Shown: positions 38,278 through 46,440, numbered from the stretch's first letter. The stretch is DNA of 47,876 bases from an uncultured Verrucomicrobiota bacterium (GCA_946544115.1 CAMNLW010000003.1:1-47876), one strand, 5' to 3'. The notes: generated by a model not told the origin, from the sequence alone. Program-made: numbers and translations.

Positions 38278-39048
38278 ATGCGCAAAACGATGATTACGGT
38301 TCTCGCGGCCCTCGCGGCCACCGAGCTGATGGCAATACAGGGGACGATCTTCACCGAGACCGACTCCAAGACCGGCGACATAAAATGGCAGCCGCGCACG
38401 AAGTCGTATTCGCTCACCTACAAGAAGGGCAAGACCGACCTCCAGATGGAGTTCCCCCTGGCGGACGTCACCAAAATCGACGTCGCCAAGCCCGCCGGAT
38501 ACGACAAAGCCGTCTCGATGGTCGAGGGCGGCCAGGGCGCGGGGGCGATCGCCTCGCTCGCCAAGATCGTAGCCGACTACCGCATGCTCAACTGGGACAA
38601 GCAGGCCGGCCGCTATCTCGCGCTCGCCTACATCGCCGCGAACCAGCCCCAGAAGGCGCTCGACGCGTGCCAGGCGATAATCAACGAGGACAAGTCGGCC
38701 GCGTGGAGCGGCGATCTCGCGGCGGCCTACTGGCAGGCGCTTTTGAAACTCGGCAAGACAAACCAGCTTGAAGGGCTCCTCAAGAAGGCGGCCTCCAGCG
38801 GCAGCCGTCAGGCCTCCGCAGCGGCGCTCAATCTGCGCGGCGACATGATAGTGGCCGCAGGCAACGACTCGCCCGACTCGCTCAAGACCGCTCTTCGCGA
38901 CGGGTATCTGCGCGTCGTGCTCATGTATATCGACCCCGAGTGCTCGCGCGAGCGCGCCGAGGCGATGCTCAAGGCGGCGCAGTGCTTCGACAAGCTCGGG
39001 CAGGTCGCCAGGGCCGAGCATCTCAGGTCGCAGGCCAAGTCGCTCTGA
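38278..39048 (+). CDS. Secreted TPR-like protein
   Basis: AAGGAG RBS; signal peptide; short beta region followed by helical repeats (YLRVVLMY...AEAMLKAAQCFDKLG). Confidence 0.7.
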   Translation: MRKTMITVLAALAATELMAIQGTIFTETDSKTGDIKWQPRTKSYSLTYKKGKTDLQMEFPLADVTKIDVAKPAGYDKAVSMVEGGQGAGAIASLAKIVADYRMLNWDKQAGRYLALAYIAANQPQKALDACQAIINEDKSAAWSGDLAAAYWQALLKLGKTNQLEGLLKKAASSGSRQASAAALNLRGDMIVAAGNDSPDSLKTALRDGYLRVVLMYIDPECSRERAEAMLKAAQCFDKLGQVARAEHLRSQAKSL

Positions 39049-39107
39049 ACCCTCTTCAATTTCCATCCAACCACAAGTCTTAAACAAACACCGAAGGAAA
39101 AACAACA

Positions 39108-39920
39108 ATGCACAAGATCAGAAAGTCGTTCATGGCAGCCGCGGTTCTCGTCGGCTCATGCATCGCGCCTGTCGCGGCGCTCAACTCGTTCGGCCAGGAG
39201 CTCATCGACGCCGAGGGCAACGTCGTCTCGGACAACGCGGCCAAGCCCCCCCAGAGCAAGGGCGGCGGGTTTTACGAGATCGTCTTCGGTTCGGGAATCG
39301 TCGGCACGATCCTCTGGTTCGCCCTGTTCGGCGACGGCGCTCTCGCCATCTACTTCTCGATCGACAGCGCGATCCTCATCAAGCCCGAGCGTCTCATGCC
39401 CAAGAAGCTTATCGACAACGTCCAGGCCGCGATGGCCGAGGGCGACGTGGTGAAGGCCATGCAGACGTGCGAGCAGAATCCGTCGGCGATGAGCTCCATC
39501 GTGATGGCTGCCTTCCAGCACATCGAAGAGGGCTTCGAGGCCATCCAGGAGGCCGTGACCGCCGCCTCCGATCTTGAGCAGGAGAAGATTCAGCAGCGCC
39601 TCAACTGGATTTCGGTCTGCGGAAACCTCGGCCCGTCGCTCGGACTTCTCGGCACGGTGCAGGGCATGATTCTTACGTTCCAGGCGCTCGCTTCCGGCGG
39701 CGCGGGCGATGCTTCGGCGCTCGCGAACTCCATCGGCCAGGCGCTGTGGACCACCGCAGGCGGCCTTATCGTGTCGATTCCCTCGATCACGGTGTTCTAC
39801 TCGCTGAGAAACAAGGCCAACCGCCTCATTCTCCGCATGACCGCCGTCACGATGGAGCTTCTCAACGGGCTCCGCAACGTGTCGGTCGACGAAGGCGCCG
39901 CAGAGGAAACGCCAGCCTGA
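39108..39920 (+). CDS. exbB: MotA/TolQ/ExbB proton-channel family protein
   Basis: LNWISVCGNLGPSLGLLGTVQGMILTF...IGQALWTTAGGLIVSIP; N-terminal signal-like extension. Confidence 0.92.
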   Translation: MHKIRKSFMAAAVLVGSCIAPVAALNSFGQELIDAEGNVVSDNAAKPPQSKGGGFYEIVFGSGIVGTILWFALFGDGALAIYFSIDSAILIKPERLMPKKLIDNVQAAMAEGDVVKAMQTCEQNPSAMSSIVMAAFQHIEEGFEAIQEAVTAASDLEQEKIQQRLNWISVCGNLGPSLGLLGTVQGMILTFQALASGGAGDASALANSIGQALWTTAGGLIVSIPSITVFYSLRNKANRLILRMTAVTMELLNGLRNVSVDEGAAEETPA

Positions 39921-39933
39921 GGAATTCCAGCCA

Positions 39934-40431
39934 ATGGCAAGAAAGTCACAGGAAAACCCCGCGCTCGACATGACGCCGATGATCGACGTCGTGTTCGAAC
40001 TCATCATCTTCTTCGTGGTGACCCTCACAGAGGCCCAGAGGAAGGATGAGACGATCGAGCTCGAGGACGGACAGCACGGAATAGTGCTTGTGCCGGAGAA
40101 CCTGCCGCCGACGCACATGCAGATCGACATCGCGAGCCGCGACAAGGATGGTCGCCCGCTCAAGAAGGGCCGGATCTCCATGGGCGACCGCGAGATTACT
40201 CCGGACGAAATCGGCCGCCGCGTCAAGGAGAAATACCGCAAGATCGGCGAATTCCCGATTCTCATTCGCGCCGACTACGACGTGAAGCACGAGGTTGTGG
40301 CGAGGGTGATGAACGCCTGCACGGAAAACGGCATCTGGAAGATATCCTTCATGGCTGTGGCCGAGGACAAGACTTCCAAGCCGGGGAGACCGGGCCGCCC
40401 CCACCTGAGCCGCGTAAGGAAGGCGAGGTAG
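39934..40431 (+). CDS. exbD: ExbD/TolR family protein (copy 1)
   Basis: DMTPMIDVVF..IIFFVV TM motif; ILIRADYDVKHEVVARVMNAC periplasmic motif. Confidence 0.9.
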   Translation: MARKSQENPALDMTPMIDVVFELIIFFVVTLTEAQRKDETIELEDGQHGIVLVPENLPPTHMQIDIASRDKDGRPLKKGRISMGDREITPDEIGRRVKEKYRKIGEFPILIRADYDVKHEVVARVMNACTENGIWKISFMAVAEDKTSKPGRPGRPHLSRVRKAR

Positions 40432-40435
40432 ATCG

Positions 40436-40852
40436 ATGGCACGCAAACCGCAGGAAAACCCCGCGCTCGACATGACGCCGATGATCGACGTCGTGTTCGA
40501 ACTCATCATCTTCTTCGTGGTCACGATCAAGCAGGAGGACCTGTTCTCCCAGCTCAACGCGAACCGCCCCGCGCCGGCGACCGGCAAGTCGGAGTCTTCC
40601 GAGTCCGACACGACGGTCACTATTGCCATCGGCGCGAGCGGCGACCGAAGCGCCAACGGCGTTCTCGTGTACAACAGCCGCGAAATCACGCGCAAGGAAC
40701 TTGACGCCAACCTCAGGGACGTCGCCCGCACTTCCACGAAGACGCCGATCATCGTGCGATGCGCCGGGAACTCGCCCCACAAGGCCCTTGTGGATGTGCT
40801 GGACATATGCTACAAGCACAAGCTGTTCAGCGTGAGCATATTCACCATGTAG
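40436..40852 (+). CDS. exbD: ExbD/TolR family protein (copy 2)
   Basis: Same TM motif; PIIVRCAGNSPHKALVDVLDIC. Confidence 0.88.
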   Translation: MARKPQENPALDMTPMIDVVFELIIFFVVTIKQEDLFSQLNANRPAPATGKSESSESDTTVTIAIGASGDRSANGVLVYNSREITRKELDANLRDVARTSTKTPIIVRCAGNSPHKALVDVLDICYKHKLFSVSIFTM

Positions 40853-40874
40853 GCCGGAAAGGTGCAGTGGATAC

Positions 40875-42590
40875 ATGAGCGAAGAACTTGAAAACGAAGT
40901 AGAGGAGATCGTCGAGGAGCTTACCCCCGAGGAGATCTTCGAGCAGCACCGGCAGGAGATAGCCGAGCGTTTCGAGGAGAAGGGCTTTTTCAAGCGCCTC
41001 GTCGAGATGTTCTCCGGCCTCTCCAAGCCTAAGAACTCGCGCGAATACAAGCTGGCGGTCGTCGATCTCCAGCGCCTCGCCGCGCCGCTTATGGCGGTTC
41101 TCCTGCCTACGCTTGGCGTGATAGCCCTCATCGTCATCACGGCGGTGACCGGCCAGTCCAAGGACGTGGTGCAGATCGAGGTCGCCCGCGCGCAGACCGA
41201 CCAGGACGAGCTCACCGATGAGCAGGAACCCGAGCCCGAGATCGAGCCCGAGACCCCGCCGGACGAGATGATCGACATCCAGGTCGACACCCCGACCATC
41301 AACCAGGTCGATTTCGCCGACAGCACTCCCGCGCCCTCGAACGAGCCGGTTTCCGTGAAGCCTGCCGCGCAGGACTCTGTCGCGATCATCAAGTCGGTGG
41401 TGACGATGCCGTCGATAGCCGGCTCGCGAAACCCCGGCATGATCGGGGTTATGACGGACGGTCGCAGAGGCTATGGCGACGCCAATACCGAGGCGACAGT
41501 GCTCAAGGTTCTGTGGTGGCTCAAGGCCACGCAGAGCGCCGACGGCAGCTGGCCTACAAAGTCAGGCACCAAGAGCCCGCTCGCCAACACAGGCTTCGCG
41601 GTTCTTACGTACCTCGCCCACGGCGAGACGCCGTCGTCCTCCGAGAACTTCGGCGAAACGGTCCAGAAGGCCATGCAGTACCTCATCGACTCGCAGTATG
41701 TCGACAATTCGGGGACTGTGCGGTTCAAGGGGGTGGACGGCAACGAATATGCGTTCCTCATCGCCACCTACGCTCTCTGCGAGACGTACGGCATGACGAA
41801 AAACCCCAATACCAAGACCGCCGCGATGAAGGCGCTTCAGCGTATAGTCGACAGCCAGTCCCCGACGGGCGGCTGGGACTACAAGATGAACAAGGCCTCC
41901 ACGCGCGACGACCTTTCGTATGCGGGCTGGGCTCTTCAGGCGCTGAAGGCCGGCAAGATGGCCGGCATGCACCCGAAGGGACTCGACGAGTGCATCAAGA
42001 AGGCCATCAAGTGCCTCAAGACGCGCAGCTTCGACAAGGGCAGCTTCACATATTGCGCCAACGCGCGCTACCATCGCGGGCTCACCGCCACGGGGTGTCT
42101 CGCGATGCAGCTCCTGGGCTTCGCCGACCAGCCTGAGGTTCGTCAGGCGCTTGAGTACATGAAGGACTGGCGCCCGTCGTTCGACGCGGAGGGTATGAAC
42201 ACCGCTACGCCCAAGGACTGCGCCTGCCCGCAGTACTACAGCTACTACGCGGCGCAGTGCAAGTACCAGGCGGGCATGAGGCAGGGTGCGATCACGTCCG
42301 ACCAGAAGATATGGCAGACGTGGAACGAAGCCATGAAGAAGCTCTACCCTTCCAGCATCAAGACCCTCACCGAAAAGGTAAAGGGGCCGGACGGCAAGGA
42401 GCATGCGCAGGGTTATTTCGAGAACAAGGACAGTTTCACCACGCGTCCCGTGATGGATTCGTGCCTTGCGGCTCTGCAGCTCATGGTGTACTACCGCTAC
42501 CTGCCCACTACGCAGACCAAGGCGACCGAGGTCGAGCCCGAGCCCGCGACCAAGGGCGTAAGCGAGGTTGATGTGGAAGTCGACATCTGA
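40875..42590 (+). CDS. Membrane-anchored prenyltransferase/squalene-oxidase-repeat (alpha/alpha barrel) protein
   Basis: Cytoplasmic N-terminus, one TM helix, Glu/Pro-rich linker, then QW-like repeats (WLKATQSADGSW, IVDSQSPTGGWDY, GSFTY, YYSYY). Confidence 0.8.
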   Translation: MSEELENEVEEIVEELTPEEIFEQHRQEIAERFEEKGFFKRLVEMFSGLSKPKNSREYKLAVVDLQRLAAPLMAVLLPTLGVIALIVITAVTGQSKDVVQIEVARAQTDQDELTDEQEPEPEIEPETPPDEMIDIQVDTPTINQVDFADSTPAPSNEPVSVKPAAQDSVAIIKSVVTMPSIAGSRNPGMIGVMTDGRRGYGDANTEATVLKVLWWLKATQSADGSWPTKSGTKSPLANTGFAVLTYLAHGETPSSSENFGETVQKAMQYLIDSQYVDNSGTVRFKGVDGNEYAFLIATYALCETYGMTKNPNTKTAAMKALQRIVDSQSPTGGWDYKMNKASTRDDLSYAGWALQALKAGKMAGMHPKGLDECIKKAIKCLKTRSFDKGSFTYCANARYHRGLTATGCLAMQLLGFADQPEVRQALEYMKDWRPSFDAEGMNTATPKDCACPQYYSYYAAQCKYQAGMRQGAITSDQKIWQTWNEAMKKLYPSSIKTLTEKVKGPDGKEHAQGYFENKDSFTTRPVMDSCLAALQLMVYYRYLPTTQTKATEVEPEPATKGVSEVDVEVDI

Positions 42591-43816
42591 TGACGAACTT
42601 CCCTCTCTTTCTTGCACTCAAATACCTGCGGCCGAAGCGATCCGTCGCTTCGGTCATTACTTGCGTCTCGGTTCTCGGCGTGATGCTTGGCGTCGCGGTC
42701 GTGATAATCGTCCGAAGCGTCATGACCGGTTTCGGCGACATCTGGGAGGAGAAGATTCTCGACTTCAAGCCCCACGTCTCGCTCGTGCCGTATGCAGGGA
42801 CGGTTCTCACTGGTGAAGACGCCCTGGCGAAGAAGATAGGCGCCATCCCGGGCGTGACGTGTGTCACGCCCGAGATCGACACGCGCGTCCTGCTTTCGAG
42901 CAGGGGACGTGTGCTCGCGCCGGTGCTCATAGGCGTGGACGGCGACGAATTCGTGCGCGCCTACAAGGTGGGCGCGCCTGTCGCCGGGACGTATTCGCTC
43001 GACGGCGACTCGCTCGTGCTCGGCGTCAATGCGGCGCGTCAGCTCGGCGTGCGGGTGGGCGACGAGGTCGTCGTCTACTCCCCGAAGACGATGGTGTCGC
43101 AGGATGAAGTGTTCCTTCCTCTCAAGTGGAAGGTCGCCGGGATATTCTCCTCCGGCCAGCACCAGTACGACTCGGGCTATGCGATAGCGTCGCTCAACAA
43201 CGTCCGCGACATCATGGGGCTTGAGCACGGCGTGTTTGCCGTGCACGTGAAGACCGACTGCCCGACCGACCCTCGTAAGTTCGGCGCGGTGGAGTCTGCG
43301 ATAGCGGCGGCCGCCCCCGGACTGCGGCAGATAAGCTGGCGCGAGGCCGACCGCGAGATATTCAACGCGCTCGCCGTGGAGAAGAACATGATGGCGCTGC
43401 TGCTTATGCTCATTTCGCTCGTCGCCGTGTTCTGCGTAATGAACACTCTTCTCGTTCTTGCGGTCCAGAAGACTCCCGAAATCGGTCTTCTCAAGGCGCT
43501 CGGTTTCACAAAGAGGCAGATCATGTCGGTGTTCATGGTCCACGGCATGATCCAGTGTGCGGCGGGCGTCGTGCTCGGCCTTCTCGCGAGCTGGGCCGTT
43601 CTCGCCAATCTGCAGCACATAGTGGAGTGGCTGGCGCGGATGGGGCTCGATGTATTCCCGGCCTCGGTATACGGCCTTGAGGGAATCCCCCACCGGCTTA
43701 TCGTCTCGGACATCTTCTGGACGAGCGCGCTCGTCTTCGTCTTCGGCCTGGCCGCGTCGTTCGTGCCGGCGCTCGCCGCTGCTTCAAAGGATCCGGTAAA
43801 GGCCCTCAACTCATGA
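42590..43816 (+). CDS. lolE: Lipoprotein-releasing ABC transporter permease (LolC/E/F family)
   Basis: LALKYLRPKR, SVLGVMLGVAVVIIVRSVMTGF, W...N..IFNALAVEKNMM, EIGLLKALG, PA..A....PVKAL. Confidence 0.88.
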   Translation: MTNFPLFLALKYLRPKRSVASVITCVSVLGVMLGVAVVIIVRSVMTGFGDIWEEKILDFKPHVSLVPYAGTVLTGEDALAKKIGAIPGVTCVTPEIDTRVLLSSRGRVLAPVLIGVDGDEFVRAYKVGAPVAGTYSLDGDSLVLGVNAARQLGVRVGDEVVVYSPKTMVSQDEVFLPLKWKVAGIFSSGQHQYDSGYAIASLNNVRDIMGLEHGVFAVHVKTDCPTDPRKFGAVESAIAAAAPGLRQISWREADREIFNALAVEKNMMALLLMLISLVAVFCVMNTLLVLAVQKTPEIGLLKALGFTKRQIMSVFMVHGMIQCAAGVVLGLLASWAVLANLQHIVEWLARMGLDVFPASVYGLEGIPHRLIVSDIFWTSALVFVFGLAASFVPALAAASKDPVKALNS

Positions 43817-44448
43817 TAGCGCTCGGTACAATAGATATATGCAAGCGCTTCCGCGTGCCCGGGCAGAAGCCGATCGAGGTTCTGCGCGGCGTGAACCTGT
43901 CGGTCAAGCCCGGCGAGAAAGTCGCGATAATCGGGCGGTCGGGCGCGGGGAAGTCGACTCTGCTCAACATCCTTGGCGGACTCGAAAAGCCCACCTCAGG
44001 AACTGTCACGCGCCCCGGAAACATCGGCTTCGTCTTCCAGAGCTACCATCTCATGCCCGAGCTGACGGTTCTCGAGAACGTGTTTCTGCCGACGATGGCA
44101 AAGCGCTTCAAGGGCCGCGCGCTTCTGCCCGGCGCGTCGCGCCGCCGCGCCGAGGAGCTTGTCGCGAAGGTCGGCCTCGCAGACCGCATGCACCATCTGC
44201 CCGCGGAGCTTTCGGGCGGCGAGATGCAGCGCGTCGCGCTCGCCCGCGCGCTCGTTACCGAACCCGATCTCGTCCTTGCCGACGAGCCGACGGGGAACCT
44301 GGACGCGCTTACAGGGGCGGAGATCCTGAAGATACTTTCGGATCTCTCTGCGGGGAAAGAGGTCGCGCTGGTGATGGTGACCCACTCGCCCGAGGCCGCT
44401 GCAATCTGCGACAGGGTTCTCACGCTCGAAGGCGGGGTTCTTCGCTGA
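43813..44448 (+). CDS. lolD: Lipoprotein-releasing ABC transporter ATP-binding protein
   Basis: GRSGAGKST, GFVFQSYHL, LSGGEMQRVALARAL, LADEPTGNLD, VTH. Confidence 0.9.
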   Translation: MIALGTIDICKRFRVPGQKPIEVLRGVNLSVKPGEKVAIIGRSGAGKSTLLNILGGLEKPTSGTVTRPGNIGFVFQSYHLMPELTVLENVFLPTMAKRFKGRALLPGASRRRAEELVAKVGLADRMHHLPAELSGGEMQRVALARALVTEPDLVLADEPTGNLDALTGAEILKILSDLSAGKEVALVMVTHSPEAAAICDRVLTLEGGVLR

Positions 44449-44467
44449 CGGCTCCGGAGCGCGCAAG

Positions 44468-44809
44468 ATGGCGTTCGAGAACGGAGTCAACTGGAAGCCG
44501 AAAGCCCCGCATCTGCGCGGACGCCACGAGACGTTCAACTCGGCGCTCGAAGCGGCCTTCCGCGATCTCACGACGGAACGCAACGACTTCTTCGACTCCA
44601 TCGCCGACGAATGGAAGCGCCTCTTTCCGAACATGCCGGCGCGCCCCGGCCGCTACGAGGACGGCAAGATAATCCTCTACGTCAAAAACCCGCCTACGCT
44701 CTATATGATGCGCATGAAGCTTGGCGTGATACGCAAGGCTCTCGCCGCGCTCCCCGGTGCGCCGCGCGTGATAAACCTCAGACTGGAGGTCCATTCTTCG
44801 GGCTCATGA
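44468..44809 (+). CDS. DciA/DUF721-like protein
   Basis: 113 aa; W..LF...A.P....DG.I.LYV..P...Y.MRM....I...L pattern resembling DUF721. Confidence 0.5.
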   Translation: MAFENGVNWKPKAPHLRGRHETFNSALEAAFRDLTTERNDFFDSIADEWKRLFPNMPARPGRYEDGKIILYVKNPPTLYMMRMKLGVIRKALAALPGAPRVINLRLEVHSSGS

Positions 44810-45933
44810 AGACGCTCGCGAGGCTCTTCTTCGAAATGTTCCGCATCGCGCTTTTCGTTGTGGGCGGCGGATACGCGATAATCGCCGTCGCCGACGACGT
44901 CTTTTCCCGGAAGCTCAAGTGGACGCGCGAAGGCGAGCTTGTGGAGGGACTGTCCCTCTTTCAGACGTTCCCCGGGATAATGGCCGGCCACTGCGCCGTC
45001 TATGTAGGGCGCAAGGTCGCCGGACCTCTCGGCTCGGCGGTGGCGCTCGCCGCCGTCGCTCTGCCGAGCCTCGTCATATTCCTCTTCGTGTCGATGGGCT
45101 ACGGCGCGATCCCTCTCGACAACCAGTGGCTTGTCGCGGCGTTCGGCGGCTTGCGCGCCGCGCTCACAGGCGTCATCGCGGGCATGATCGTCCGCGGCTG
45201 GACAAAGAGCGTTCGCGGCGTATACGGTTATTCCGCGGCGGCGGTCGCGTTCGCGCTTCTCGCGGCGGGGGTGAATCCTGCACTGGTGCTCGTCGCGGCG
45301 ATGGTCGCGGGAGTCGTCGCCGGGTTCGCTCCTCGCGCCGGCGCGACGCGGCGCTTCAACTCGCTCGGGATGGTGGCGCTCGTGTTCCTCAAGTACGGGG
45401 CGCTCGCCTTCGGCGGCGGATATGTGCTGGTGCCGATGTACATAAGGGACTTCGTCGGCGCGGGCGCGCCGTTTCTGCAGCTTCCGTCAGAAGAGTTCGC
45501 CAACCTCATGGCGCTTACCCAGATGACGCCCGGGCCGATCGGCATAAACGCGGCGACGTTCTTCGGCTACAGGCTCGGCGGCGTCGCGGGCGCTGCGGTG
45601 GCGACGGCGGCGCTCGTTCTGCCGGGGGCCGTGCTCCTCTCGCTGGCGCTCGCGTCGCTCGAAAGGTTCAGCGGCAGCAGGGTCGTGAAGGGAATTCTCG
45701 CGGGAGTCAGGCCGGCGACGATGGCGCTCATGCTTTCCGCCGCGATTTCATTCGCCGGCATGTCTGTCTGGAGCGTCGGCGAAGACGGAGGGCTTTCATT
45801 CCACTTCGACGCAATCGGACTCGCGGCCTTCGCGTGCTTTGCGACGGTAAGCCGCTGCCTCGGAGTGATGCAGACGATTTTCGTCTGCGCCGCCGCGTCA
45901 CTGATCATCCACCTCTCCATGCTCCTGTTCTAG
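44806..45933 (+). CDS. chrA: Chromate transporter, long-chain ChrA family (two homologous halves)
   Basis: F..IALFVVGGGYA...QTFPG in the first half and FLKYGALAFGGGY...QMTPGPIGINAATFFGY in the second; ATGA overlap start. Confidence 0.9.
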   Translation: MKTLARLFFEMFRIALFVVGGGYAIIAVADDVFSRKLKWTREGELVEGLSLFQTFPGIMAGHCAVYVGRKVAGPLGSAVALAAVALPSLVIFLFVSMGYGAIPLDNQWLVAAFGGLRAALTGVIAGMIVRGWTKSVRGVYGYSAAAVAFALLAAGVNPALVLVAAMVAGVVAGFAPRAGATRRFNSLGMVALVFLKYGALAFGGGYVLVPMYIRDFVGAGAPFLQLPSEEFANLMALTQMTPGPIGINAATFFGYRLGGVAGAAVATAALVLPGAVLLSLALASLERFSGSRVVKGILAGVRPATMALMLSAAISFAGMSVWSVGEDGGLSFHFDAIGLAAFACFATVSRCLGVMQTIFVCAAASLIIHLSMLLF

Positions 45934-46012
45934 ACCGCCGACACCCGCCATTGCGGGGGTTTGTCCCCTTTATCCGCAGGGATGGTGTCCCCGGGTTGCG
46001 GGGTAGATGTAT

Positions 46013-46162
46013 TTACGGTCAGACCTTTTATATAAAAAGGTCTGACCTTTTGCACAAAAAGGTCTGACGATATTAACAAAAAGGTCTGACCATTTGCATA
46101 AAAAGGTCTGACCTTTTTCATCAAAAGGTCAGACGATATTGTATAAAAGGTCAGACCTTTTT
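46013..46162. repeat. Seven-copy 22-bp-period palindromic array (AAAA-GGTCWGACS-TTTT)
   Basis: Cores GGTC(A/T)GAC(C/G) start at 46017, 46039, 46061, 46083, 46105, 46127 and 46149 (exact 22-bp period), separated by variable AT-rich linkers. Confidence 0.9.
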
Positions 46163-46309
46163 GTCATGTACTCGGCAGGGCGAAGACGGCTACTCCCTGG
46201 GGACGACCGCGACAGTCGGGCGGTTCACGCTTGCGTGTCGCATGGTTCAAGAGCTAGACCAACCGGGGACATTCCCTCGTTTATTCTGTTGTGTTATCGT
46301 CAGAACGCA

Positions 46310-46400
46310 GGATTCGTTCATAAAAGTGTTGATGTAGGAACTAAGTACGTTCATGAAAATGTTGCGAACAAGGTTAAGTTCGTTCATAAAAGTGTGGATG
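46310..46400. repeat. Three-copy 33-bp-period direct repeat upstream of the ATPase promoter
   Basis: CGTTCAT starts at 46315, 46348 and 46381; copies 1 and 3 share 21/22 nt (46313-46334 vs 46379-46400). Confidence 0.8.
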
Positions 46401-46404
46401 CCAG

Positions 46405-46433
46405 TTGCGGTGTGCGCTGATTTATGGTAATAT
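46405..46433 (+). promoter_or_regulatory. Sigma70-type promoter for the AAA ATPase gene
   Basis: TTGCGG-N17-TAATAT with extended TG-G; ATG 7 nt after the -10. Confidence 0.6.
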
Positions 46434-46440
46434 ATGCGTC

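Noticed and set aside
40875-42590. Squalene-hopene cyclase or alpha-2-macroglobulin thioester domain call
   Set aside because: Single barrel only, with no DxDD motif and no CGEQ motif; only the fold-level repeat is supported.
8300-45900. Numerous long antisense and alternate-frame ORFs (e.g. 1776-2810, 15468-16565, 25365-26708, 33181-34680, 42497-43693)
   Set aside because: Shadow ORFs expected in high-GC DNA opposite well-supported genes; no recognisable motifs.
46013-46162. CRISPR array
   Set aside because: The constant part is 13 nt and the variable part 9 nt; linkers resemble each other; no cas genes or leader.
46013-46162. TIGR-type guide array (9-nt variable segments, CTGA in the repeat)
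   Set aside because: Single repeat type with a 22-bp period rather than alternating repeats in roughly 36-nt units; linkers look like diverged duplicates; no Nop-domain/IS110-like protein in the window.
46237-46266. VAWFKS*TN resembling a RAYT/HUH transposase C-terminal motif
   Set aside because: The match is very short, interrupted by a stop, and flanking translation shows no HUH or catalytic Tyr motif.
46139-46420. 93-aa ORF with 11-aa repeats (FVHKSVD)
   Set aside because: It starts inside one array, runs through another and over the predicted -35; the peptide periodicity follows from the 33-bp DNA period.
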